A stretch of DNA of 64,000 bases. Origin: an uncultured Fibrobacterota bacterium (lineage in GTDB: Bacteria > Fibrobacterota > Chitinivibrionia > Chitinivibrionales > FEN-1185). This document shows positions 49,694 to 59,111 of the stretch, piece by piece. The notes beneath the pieces are model-generated. The model did no database searches, was not told where the DNA came from, and was given only the letters and a program-made list of their open reading frames with translations. Every line of letters begins with the position of its first letter. Positions within the stretch are counted from its first letter, which is position 1. The stretch spans positions 32,001 through 96,000 of the forward strand of contig CAVSQB010000011.1 in assembly GCA_963729895.1 (NCBI GenBank), written 5' to 3'. The position numbers and the translations under genes were made by a program.

Positions 49694-50318
49694 TAGGATT
49701 TCTCTGTCCTCGCTCCTTTCCCGCGGGTATCCTACGGCGCATCTGAAAACGTGCGCCGGGCGGGTGAAAAACGGCGCTATCTTTGTATATCCCACGGAAA
49801 CCATTTACGGCATCGGCGGCAGGGCCGACAACGCTGAGGTTGAACGCCGCATCCGTGGCATCAAAGAACGGAAGAAACTTTCGCCGTTCATCGTGGTTGC
49901 GGGAAACAGGAATTGCTTTGGTCCGCTGGGCCTCCGGTTTTCCCGCAGCGCCGAAATTCTCGCCGAAGAATTCTGGCCGGGAAATCTCACCCTTGTCCTT
50001 CCCGCGAAGGATGCTTTGGGGGGAATCGGGGTGAGGGTTTCGAACCATCCCTTTGTGGTTGCGCTGTGCGCCGAGCTCGGCGCGCCGGTTTTCTCCACGA
50101 GCGCCAACCGCGGGGATTCACCTTATGTGAACGACCCGGATGCCATTTTCGCGACATTCGACGGCAAGATTGATTTCATGGTGGACGCCGGCGTTCTTCC
50201 GGCCGGCCGGCCTTCCACGGTGGTGAGGATACGCGCCGACGATTCGGTTGAGGTCCTGCGTGAAGGCATCCTGTCGCGTGAACAGGTACTGCGCGTTGTG
50301 GACGGCGCACATCCATGA
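49680..50318 (+). CDS. tsaC: L-threonylcarbamoyladenylate synthase (YrdC/Sua5)
   Basis: YPTETIYGIG, IKER, FWPGNLTLV, STSAN, PSTVV, LREG. Confidence 0.9.
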   Translation: MTLTDRISLSSLLSRGYPTAHLKTCAGRVKNGAIFVYPTETIYGIGGRADNAEVERRIRGIKERKKLSPFIVVAGNRNCFGPLGLRFSRSAEILAEEFWPGNLTLVLPAKDALGGIGVRVSNHPFVVALCAELGAPVFSTSANRGDSPYVNDPDAIFATFDGKIDFMVDAGVLPAGRPSTVVRIRADDSVEVLREGILSREQVLRVVDGAHP

Positions 50319-51877
50319 ACCCGGGGCACCGAATGCCTCCGCCCGCCTGCCGAAGACCGCGACTCCTTCTTATCAATCCGTTCGCGGAGATAAAACAGTT
50401 CACGTCGAACGTCGGGTTCGCGCGGCTGATAGGCAAAAAAGCCGGGGCCACGCCGCTTGCGCTGCCCTTGCTGGCCTCGCTTGCTCCCGCCCATTGGGAC
50501 GTGCGGATCATCGACGAAGAGCTCGAACCCGTTCCCGCCGGCATTACCGCGGACCTTGTGGGGATTACCGCGCTCTGCACCACCATCGACCGGGCATACA
50601 CAATCGCGGACGGCTTTCGCGCCCGTAAAGTGCCGGTGGTCCTGGGAGGTCCGTATGTTACCTACAACGCGGACGAAGCGCTTTCCCATGCGGATAGCGT
50701 CGTGCTGGGCGAGGCCGAGGGGGTGTGGAAAGACCTTCTTGACGAGTGCGAAATGGGCGTGCTCGGCCGGACCTACCGGTCCTCGGCGCCCGCGGCGTTC
50801 AGGAATTCGCCGCCCCCCCGGTGGGACCTTGTCGACACCGCGCGCCTTGCCGCGCTGCCGGTCCAGGTGTCGCGCGGGTGCCCGTTTCATTGCGACTTCT
50901 GCCTCGTATCGGAAATGTTCGGCAGGACCATGCGCTACCGGGACATCGATGACATCGTCGCCGAAGTGAAGTCGCTTCCCAAGAAGACCCTTTTCTTTGT
51001 CGACGACAACCTGACTGCCGACAAGGCGTTCGCCCGCGAGCTCATGAAACGGCTCGCTCCGCTCGGCATCGCGTGGATCTGCCAGGCGAGCATCGAAGTC
51101 GCCGGGTTTCCCGACCTTCTTGCCGCCATGGCCGACGCCGGATGCATGCACATGCTGGTGGGTTTCGAATCTGTGAACGAAGCAAGCCTCAGCGAAGCGC
51201 ACAAACGGCAGAACGACATCGGCCGGTACACGGAGGCGATACAGAGGATCCACCGCTGCGGCATCCAGGTGAATGCCTCCATGATTGTGGGATTCGACAA
51301 CGACTCCCTTGACGAATTCGGCCGGATCCGGGAATTTCTGCGTGCTGCCGGCCTCTGGTATGTTAACCTGAACCTTCTGGACGCCATTCCGGGGACCGCG
51401 CTGCACCGCCGCATCGCGGCCGAAGGCAGGTGGTGCAACCGGCCGAACCGGCTCACGGGCGGCATGTTTCCCACGATGCGGTATGCGCGCATGTCGCAGA
51501 CCGCCCTGTTCGATGCATACCTCGAAACCATGCGCACGATGTATTCCTGGGAAGACTTGCACGACCGGATCGTTACGTTGTTTTCCACGGGATGGTTCAA
51601 CCGCCCCGAGCACAACGCGGACATCGGTCTGCTTGACAAGATTATGATGTCTTGCGCCATGGTCTGGAGATACCTTGTTGCGGCAAGGCCGGCCAAGCGG
51701 CGCGTCTTCTTGTCGCTGTTCCGGCTGATCCGGAGGCGCCGCGTTGCCCCGGAGAAAGTGGTGTTCTTTCTCCTTACCGTGGAGGGAATTCACCGGTTGT
51801 TTGATGAAATAACGCCGATGATTCCAAAGTGGCGAGAACAGTTTTTGGCGAGGGATAGGGAGCGTCGGTTTCCGTGA
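50315..51877 (+). CDS. B12-binding-domain radical SAM protein
   Basis: VVLGGPYVT, GEAE, SRGCPFHCDFC (CxxxCxxC), FVDDN, GFES. Confidence 0.92.
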   Translation: MNPGHRMPPPACRRPRLLLINPFAEIKQFTSNVGFARLIGKKAGATPLALPLLASLAPAHWDVRIIDEELEPVPAGITADLVGITALCTTIDRAYTIADGFRARKVPVVLGGPYVTYNADEALSHADSVVLGEAEGVWKDLLDECEMGVLGRTYRSSAPAAFRNSPPPRWDLVDTARLAALPVQVSRGCPFHCDFCLVSEMFGRTMRYRDIDDIVAEVKSLPKKTLFFVDDNLTADKAFARELMKRLAPLGIAWICQASIEVAGFPDLLAAMADAGCMHMLVGFESVNEASLSEAHKRQNDIGRYTEAIQRIHRCGIQVNASMIVGFDNDSLDEFGRIREFLRAAGLWYVNLNLLDAIPGTALHRRIAAEGRWCNRPNRLTGGMFPTMRYARMSQTALFDAYLETMRTMYSWEDLHDRIVTLFSTGWFNRPEHNADIGLLDKIMMSCAMVWRYLVAARPAKRRVFLSLFRLIRRRRVAPEKVVFFLLTVEGIHRLFDEITPMIPKWREQFLARDRERRFP

Positions 51878-52033
51878 GGTATTTTGCATTTCACCACTCA
51901 GCGGCTGCTCCAAGGCCCAAATATCCAAGCAAATCTCCGTGCGCCGCCCTCGGGTCGGGGCCGGCATTGCTTCGTCACTGTTGATTGTCAACCTGCAACA
52001 GCTTTGCACTTGACCGAACAGGGGCTCTCACGT

Positions 52034-52101
52034 GGGTGCCCCCAGCAGATGTTTGAACTTTTTCACGGGAGGTGCCTGGGCGCACCCGGCACTGCTATCC
52101 A
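52034..52101 (+). repeat. Repeat family A copy
   Basis: GGGTGCCCCCC...GGGCGCACCCGGCACTGCTATCCA. Confidence 0.75.
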
Positions 52102-52214
52102 GAGGATTATTCAAGGCAACGTCCAGGGTATTTTGCCTTTATCAAAAGTAAATACTATTTTCGTATATTCTGAAATTAAGAAGATCGTATTTTGAATCTT
52201 AATAGGAGGCGAAT

Positions 52215-52757
52215 GTGAAAATGGGCTTCTTTTTCTCCGGCATCTTCTGGGGCAGCGTCCTGATCCTGCTCGGCCTGTCGGTGATCGTCAGGATAGTGTT
52301 CAACATTCATGTTCCCCTCATGCGGATCATTTTCGCCCTCATTCTCATTTACTTCGGCGTGCGGGTGCTTGTTGGCGGTTCGTGGTGCAGGTGGGGATGC
52401 AGCAACTCAAACACGGTCCTTTTCAGCGAGACCAAAACCGAATTTTCCAAGGACTCAAGCGAGTACAACGTCATATTCGGCAAGGGGGTGATCGGCCTGT
52501 CGGATCCGTTGCTTGCGGAGAAAAACAGGAAGATCAAGGTAAACACTATCTTCGGCTCCGCGGAACTGCGGATCAATCCGGCAGTCCCCGCCCTGGTGAG
52601 AGTGACCTCCGCGTTCGCAGGGGCCCGCATGCCCGACGGGAACACGATTTCTTTCGGCGAGTATATCTACAAAACAAAAAGTTATTCGGACGCTTCACCC
52701 TCGTTGCGCGTGGATGCAGCCGTTGTCTTTGGGGGATTGGAAATAAAGGACCACTAG
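52215..52757 (+). CDS. LiaF-like membrane protein (cell-envelope stress family)
   Basis: IFWGSVLILLG, two N-terminal TMs, repeated VIFG/TIFG/VVFGG; AGGAGG RBS. Confidence 0.75.
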   Translation: MKMGFFFSGIFWGSVLILLGLSVIVRIVFNIHVPLMRIIFALILIYFGVRVLVGGSWCRWGCSNSNTVLFSETKTEFSKDSSEYNVIFGKGVIGLSDPLLAEKNRKIKVNTIFGSAELRINPAVPALVRVTSAFAGARMPDGNTISFGEYIYKTKSYSDASPSLRVDAAVVFGGLEIKDH

Positions 52758-53079
52758 GCCTTTCGGTGTCTTCCTCCGTCAACGGGTCCGCTTTGAAAAG
52801 GCTTTTGTTGGGAAACAGATTACCGAACTTCCCTGGAAAGGCCCACATTTCATTGCACTGTGCGCTCATACTATCGCATCCGCAATCAATGCCTTAGTGT
52901 GTGTTTCCCTTGCCGGTATCTCTTACCCGGGGTAAGAAAAAACCTCTGGAATTCCCCTTGAGAGATCGTATTATTATAACGTGGACGGAATCAGAGGCAT
53001 TATGAACGCTTCTTTCGCTCGGTATACGCGTGCGGACGCAATTCCTGTTCGTCACCTCCAAGCATAGCAGGGTTTCATC

Positions 53080-53925
53080 ATGCCTAATCTCTATGAATAT
53101 GTAAACTACCGGTTGTTTCTGCAGGACTTTCTCGCGGAACACAAGAAAGACTCGCAGCCGGATTTTTCCCACAAGGTGATCCTTGCCAAAATGGGAATTT
53201 CTTCCACCGGCTTTCTGTCCAACGTCATGGCAGGCAGGAAAAACCTCACGCCGATCCAGATCATCAAGCTTGCAAAAATCCTCAGGATGAACAAGGCGGA
53301 GTCCGCCTATTTCGAGGCGATGGTGTACTTTACGCAGGCGAAACTTATCGACGAAAAGAACGAGTATTTCAACCGGCTCGTGACGCTGCAAAAGGTAAAT
53401 CTGAAAGTGCTCGACAAGAAGAAGATGTCCGTTTTTTCCAAATGGTACTATGTCGTGGTTCGGGAACTGCTGTATTTTTACAGGTATAACGGGACCAATC
53501 CGTCCGCCCTCGGCCACAAAGTGGAGCCGACCATCAGGCATTCCGAGGCGGACCAGGCGATTCGCTACCTGGAGGAACTTGGTCTCATACAGAAAGATAA
53601 GGAAGGCTACTACAAACAGGTCGAGAACGCGGTGACGTCCGGCGATGAAGTGAAGTCGCTCCATCTCACCAATTTCCAGCTCGCCACGATGGACCTCGCA
53701 AAAAGGTCCATCCAGAAAATCCCTGCCGCGGAAAGGGACGTTTCGGTCCTGACAATGACCCTGTCTCCGGACACTTTCCAAATGGTAAAATCCGAACTGC
53801 AGCACATCAGAAAGCGGATCGCGAAAATCGCCGTGGACGAGGACAAGCCCGACAGGGTGTACCAGCTCAATATCCAGTTTTTCCCGGTTTCAAAGAAACC
53901 GGAAGTGCGTGCACCAAATGAATAG
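53080..53925 (+). CDS. TIGR02147 family protein (HTH + DUF4423)
   Basis: YEYVNYRLFLQD, GRKNLT, FSKWYYVVVREL, LEELGLI, ERDVSVLT, VYQLNIQFFP. Confidence 0.9.
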   Translation: MPNLYEYVNYRLFLQDFLAEHKKDSQPDFSHKVILAKMGISSTGFLSNVMAGRKNLTPIQIIKLAKILRMNKAESAYFEAMVYFTQAKLIDEKNEYFNRLVTLQKVNLKVLDKKKMSVFSKWYYVVVRELLYFYRYNGTNPSALGHKVEPTIRHSEADQAIRYLEELGLIQKDKEGYYKQVENAVTSGDEVKSLHLTNFQLATMDLAKRSIQKIPAAERDVSVLTMTLSPDTFQMVKSELQHIRKRIAKIAVDEDKPDRVYQLNIQFFPVSKKPEVRAPNE

Positions 53926-55603
53926 GACGCCGCGCATGGTATTCCCCCTGTTGTTTCGCGTGCTGTGCTGCGCGTGGACGGGCGCGTTTTTTTCCTGTTC
54001 GTTCAACATGGCGGGAAGCGTTACCGAAGGCGGGAACGTGGAAGTGGCGGGCGTCGTGGTCGCGCCGGACGGGAAACCCGTTTCCGGCGCGCAGGTGGCC
54101 CTCAGAACGAGTGACTACCTCACAGACACCGCGGGGATCATGCCGCCGAGGAGCGCATTCGCCAATGCGGTCACCGACAACAATGGCCGGTTCAAGCTGG
54201 ACTCGCTTGAAGCAGGGGAATATTGCATTACGGCAACCGTTGGGGAATCGCTTGCGATTTTGGTGAGGCTGGATGCCCGGCCCGGTTCCATCACGCTTCC
54301 GCCGGACACGCTTCGCGCCGCCTCCAAGATTTCAGGGGTCGTAGTCAACCAGTCGAAGGCGGCGAATGCAACGTATGTGCAGGTATTCGGCCTCGACAGG
54401 ATTGCGAGGGTCGACAGTGCATCGGGAGCGTACCAGTTGACGGCGATCCCGGAGGGGACCTACCGGCTGCAGGTTGAGGTGTCGTCGCCTTTGTTCAAGC
54501 CGCTTACGGTCCCCAACGTGACCTGTTCGCAGGGGCAGATCAAGATCGTTGACACCATAGCCATTGCTCCGTTCTACGGCGAAGATTATTCGGTGTGGCC
54601 CTATTCCATGACCGTAAAATTTTATACGACTCCGGCCGGGGCATCTGTGGCGGGGACCGTGGTGAATTTCCCCGCGGTCGTGAGACTCAGGGGCCCTGTT
54701 TTCCCCTTTGGTCAATGCCTTGCCGACGGTCATGATCTCCGTTTTGCAAACGGCAAGGGAGTCCATCTTCCCTTTGAAATCGAACGGTTCGACCCGAGCG
54801 ACAGCATAGCCGATGTCTGGGTCCTGGTGGATACTGTCAAGGGAAACGATTCGACGGCGATTACCATGTACTGGGGGAACCAGAATGCGGTGGCGCAATC
54901 GCTGGCGTCATCGGTTTTCGACACCGGCTCGGGCTACGAGGCCGTGTGGCACCTTAACAACAGAGGCCTTACCGACCGGGTGGACGCAACGGCCAACGCC
55001 GACAACGCAATACCTGCGCCGGGCACCTACGAAGGCGACGAGTGGACCTACGGGCTCATAGGCGGGTGCGACAGTCTTGACGACAACGACGACCACCTGG
55101 TTGCGCCGAGCATCAACCCGGGAAAAACCGTGACCCTCAGCATGTGGATCAACATGTACGAAATGACGGCTTCCCTCAGGCAATATTTCATCGGAAAACC
55201 AGGTCCCGTCTCGGGTAAACCGCCGTTCTATTCTCTCATGTTTTCGCAAATCGACAATCAAAGCGGCGCCTTGGCCATGAATGCCACGACAAACGGCAAG
55301 CCGGATTCTGTGAGCGGGGGGACTTTGACGCTTAACGCATGGTACAACGTTGTCGGCACCTACGACGGCGCATCCTTGAAGGTATACGTAAACGGGGTCC
55401 TGGCTGGCAGCAAGCCGGTTGCCGGGCCGGTGGACACAAGCGCCGCCAATGTCTATATCGGCTACTACGATAAGCTGTCCCAGAAACTGCACGGCAAGAT
55501 CGACGAGGTGAGGATCATGAAGACGACTGCGGGTGGCGACTTCATAAAACTAAGCTACGAAAATCAGAAAGAGAACTCGACGATGGTCGGGTTCGGCAAC
55601 TAG
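53918..55603 (+). CDS. DUF2341 + LamG-like domain lipoprotein
   Basis: FFSC lipobox; NFPAVVRL, DGHDLRF, PFEIERFD, MYWGN, IDEVRI; overlaps the TIGR02147 stop. Confidence 0.85.
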   Translation: MNRTPRMVFPLLFRVLCCAWTGAFFSCSFNMAGSVTEGGNVEVAGVVVAPDGKPVSGAQVALRTSDYLTDTAGIMPPRSAFANAVTDNNGRFKLDSLEAGEYCITATVGESLAILVRLDARPGSITLPPDTLRAASKISGVVVNQSKAANATYVQVFGLDRIARVDSASGAYQLTAIPEGTYRLQVEVSSPLFKPLTVPNVTCSQGQIKIVDTIAIAPFYGEDYSVWPYSMTVKFYTTPAGASVAGTVVNFPAVVRLRGPVFPFGQCLADGHDLRFANGKGVHLPFEIERFDPSDSIADVWVLVDTVKGNDSTAITMYWGNQNAVAQSLASSVFDTGSGYEAVWHLNNRGLTDRVDATANADNAIPAPGTYEGDEWTYGLIGGCDSLDDNDDHLVAPSINPGKTVTLSMWINMYEMTASLRQYFIGKPGPVSGKPPFYSLMFSQIDNQSGALAMNATTNGKPDSVSGGTLTLNAWYNVVGTYDGASLKVYVNGVLAGSKPVAGPVDTSAANVYIGYYDKLSQKLHGKIDEVRIMKTTAGGDFIKLSYENQKENSTMVGFGN

Positions 55604-55631
55604 TTTACGGCGCCCGTCTCCCCAAAAAGAA

Positions 55632-56284
55632 TCATCCTCTGATCCGCGCAAGCCGCACGATCTCGACCCTCGTCTTTCCTTCATTTACGCGTTCTTCCCA
55701 CGAAACCCGCGAACTGAATCCTGCGGCACGGGCAGCGATCTTAAAGGTATCCCACCATTGCCTGCACGGGTCAGCGACATAGGCAATGCCTGCGGGCCTG
55801 AGTGCACTGCAAAGAAAGCGGAGAACTGGTTCCACCCACCGCTGTTCGTAAATGATGTCCGACGCGATGACGCAGTCGAAGACGGGGGGAAACAAACGTG
55901 GCGCCAATCGGTACATACCACATGCGCCCCCCGGGCGTGCAGAAGCATGTTGTGCCGCGTAAATCGGCACGCGTCAAGAGCAATATCGGTTGCGACGCAG
56001 CGGACTTCCCTGTTGACAAGGACGGACGAGACGATGCCGAGGCCGCATCCAAGTTCGCAGACCAGCGCGGACGGCGGCAAAGCGGTGCCGGAATGGGCGG
56101 CCATGAAATTGAACAGCGCAAACGATGCCGGCCATTGTTCGGCCCAATAGGGAAGCAGCTTGTCTTTCTCGTATTCCTCGTCGGTCATGGCGTCGAGAAT
56201 GCTTTCGGGGTCTGCGGGCCGCACAAACTCAAACGGTGCGCCCGCGCAGGGCATGGAAAAAGAAACGTGAGGAACACGGAGCAT
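55632..56284 (-). pseudogene. Class I SAM-dependent (lysine-methyltransferase-like) methyltransferase, frameshifted at a C6 tract
   Basis: PYWAEQWPAS, ELGCGLG and DW in one frame; FDCVIASDIIY...VADP in another; junction at 55884-55889. Confidence 0.85.
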
Positions 56285-56547
56285 GGTGTAAAACTACCTT
56301 GCGCCGCTTTACCGCGTCGCATGATCCTTCTTCCGTCAGGCTGATCACCAACTTGTCCGGCGGGAATTGTGTGCCAAGCCTACCGCAGAAGCGGAAACGT
56401 GCAGCATCCGGCTGTGCTCAAACCGACCCGGGAGTTGCCCGAACAGGCCATTATTTGGGTTGACCGCGGCCCGAAGAAGGGGTATAATCAAGGTGCAAAA
56501 ACGGCGGTTGAAGGGCGGCATTTTCACACAACAGGCGAGGACCGGCG

Positions 56548-56796
56548 ATGAAGGGAAAATACTGCAAGCTCTACGACGAGACCCTTGTGCGCAACATCAT
56601 GATCTCCACGGGCCTGGCGATTGTCGAGTATGTCAAGGAATCAAAAAGCGTGGATGCGGTTGATATATGCGATTTTGTCGAGCAGAATGCCGAGCATATC
56701 ATCGAGAACACCATCGAAGACATGAACCACGAGCTTTCCGACGACCCGGCCGAGGCCGATGAGGAACCGGACGGGGAGGAACCGCCGTTTCCTTGA
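56548..56796 (+). CDS. Small acidic hypothetical protein
   Basis: 82-aa ORF with GAGG RBS and host-like codon usage. Confidence 0.65.
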   Translation: MKGKYCKLYDETLVRNIMISTGLAIVEYVKESKSVDAVDICDFVEQNAEHIIENTIEDMNHELSDDPAEADEEPDGEEPPFP

Positions 56797-56860
56797 CGGC
56801 TGCACCTGCCCCGTGTTGCGCGGGCGGCCCACATCAATTAATTTACTACACCGCATTTGG

Positions 56861-56944
56861 GCCGAGGTGGCGGAATTGGTAGACGCAGTGGACTCAAAAT
56901 CCACCGAGAGCAATCTCATGAGAGTTCGATTCTCTCCTTCGGCA
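56861..56944 (+). tRNA. tRNA-Leu(CAA)
   Basis: GCCGAGG...GTGGA-CTCAAAA-TCCAC, long variable arm, GTTCGATT T-loop, A73; CCA not encoded. Confidence 0.95.
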
Positions 56945-57115
56945 ATCCCCGAAAATGTAGTTTTTGATAAGAAGATCGCGGTCTCTTTTGTTCTCCTTGT
57001 ATAACGCCGCAACTCCGGGAAATACCGCCGAACAGGGACTCCGTTATGTTGAAACGTTCTTGAGGCGACATAGGTTTCCGCCTAGTGAGGCCCCACGGCT
57101 TCCGCCCAAACAGAC

Positions 57116-57168
57116 GGGGCTACCCACGCGATCCGGAAATCCGTTTTCCGGATCGCGTGGGTAGCCCC
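57116..57168. repeat. Perfect 24-bp inverted repeat with 5-nt loop (hairpin/terminator between convergent units)
   Basis: GGGGCTACCCACGCGATCCGGAAA-TCCGT-TTTCCGGATCGCGTGGGTAGCCCC. Confidence 0.85.
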
Positions 57169-57190
57169 TGATTTTCGCAGATCAAAACAG

Positions 57191-58736
57191 TTACCAACCG
57201 ATCGCGACCGCTATCCACTGGACATTGTTAATGCCCATAAACGCCTGATGGCCGCCGTCGTCGTCATAGGCAAACCCGTAGCAGTAATTGTTTATCGACC
57301 GGCGGTGGCACCATCTTGAAAAATAATTGCACGGCGATGCTTGGTAGTAACTGGCGGAGTCATTGACGCGCCAGTTTGCAAACTGAGTGCCCTGGGGAAG
57401 CATTCCGACGTGCCTGTTGTAGGCGGCGCAATAATCGGGCGAAGCGCCCAAGTTCCCCGCACACGCCAAAACGTTCCAGGCAGTCTCTTTGCCGGGCGCG
57501 CCCGGGTTGTGGGCTATCACCGAATCCTGGTATCTTTCGAAATAATTTGCAAACACGCCGCCCGTGCTGTAATAGTTTGTAGCCATCATCTGGGGTGAAT
57601 AGATATTGGCAAAATTCACTTGGGCAAGAGGGGTGAATTCCTTCGGCACCTCGTTCAGGAATTCATCAAATTTTGCCTGGCGTGTTTGAAAGAACGTTTC
57701 ATAGTCGTCGCCCATTATAGTGTCGATACCGGTAGAAGTATGGAGCCGGAAGGCTATTGGAAGCCTCCATCCGTCCACGCGGGTGGAATTACCGTTGAAC
57801 ATGTTGCCGTTCCAGTTAACTTCAAGAAAATCAAAATATCTGCTGTTGGAGTCGGTGGGATCAATATAGATGTAGAATCTTTCGCTGGCGATCGGCGTTG
57901 CATTCTGCTGGGAAAGCGGGGTCTTGTTCGCACCCCAGCAAATCTTGCTGTCCGGCCATGCGCCGTTGGTCCTGTTCAGGATAACAAACTGACCGTTCTT
58001 CGGATAGGTGCTCGTGTCACCCCAGAAGGCGGCGATTGAGGCCTTGTCGCCGGTCCATGTAGTGGTCTTCGTCAACACGAAATCGTAGTGTCCCACGAGC
58101 GTGTCAACCGGCGTGACTCCTATCGAGTAACCCGGCTCGGTTGCGCGCAGAGTGTCCACCATGGCTGCGAGTTTTTCCAGCCTGGCCTGGAATTCGGGAA
58201 CGTTTTGAGCCATAGTTGCGCCCTGAACACGTGAAAGCGGCCGGAATTTTAAAACGGTTGTCGCGCCGTTGACGGTCACGCGAAGCAGATAGTACTGGGA
58301 CGAAATTCCGCGTGTGTCAACCGATACTGAGTAATTTCCCCTGGCCTGGGCGCCGTCCATCACGTCCCGCACGTACCTGCCGGCAAGATCATACATGCTC
58401 ATTTTCACCCAGGCTTTGCCCGGAAGAACGCTGAACAGTACTCTGCCACCCGCGTACACCGGCTTTGAATAGACATCCAGCCCTATCTTCTTTGATTACG
58501 TTGACCGGAGGGCAAGCCCCTGTTCCCAGTTGGTAATTTCCGCCGGCGTCCGTTGTGACCAGGTACGGCGCTGGCCCATACCCGTTATCATACGTTGCCT
58601 GGCCCAGCCTGACCACCGTATGGGTCAGGGGATTCCCGTTCGGATCCGTAACCCTTCCGCAAATGTTGACAGTCTGGCAAAGAACAGACCCGGCGAAAAA
58701 CGCCACCATCAGACACACCGCTGCTGATCTTTTCAT
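57191..58736 (-). pseudogene. Secreted GH64-like beta-1,3-glucanase, frameshifted near 58490
   Basis: Signal peptide and N-terminal domain in 58389-58736; remainder in 57191-58459 with DFLE, NSTRVD, NYFSRWCH, YGFAYDD. Confidence 0.78.
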
Positions 58737-59111
58737 TTCATCCCCCCTTTTTTTAATGATTAGGACTCAAAAAACGTACAATAGTCCCCTCGCCATTCTT
58801 ACTCTTCTTCATTTTAGAGATCCTCACGCAGGCTGGAATGCGGTTGCCGGCCTACAGCTTAATCGCTAAAGAATTTCCAGGGCGTGAACTGTCCTGCCTT
58901 ACACGTTCCGGCAACTGTTTCACACACTATAAGATACAAAAATATCCGTGAAATACCTTAGAAAAGTTTAACCAATTGGGGAAATCGCGCGGGAACCGGC
59001 AGCATCACACGCCGCATTTTTGTCGCAGGGGACCTTTCCGCGCCGAACGGTTGTCATCTATATTATTTTTAACCGGATCAATAAGTCCTGCAGGGTACAA
59101 AGGAGAACCGT

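Noticed and set aside
49680..50318. Functional link between tsaC and the U37 tRNA
   Set aside because: tsaC is a universal housekeeping gene about 38 kb away in the pur cluster, so proximity is probably coincidental.
787..52009. Long antisense ORFs (e.g. 787-2157, 33491-35434, 39938-41386, 45023-46327, 50123-52009)
   Set aside because: They are shadows of well-supported genes on the opposite strand in GC-rich DNA and carry no recognisable motifs.
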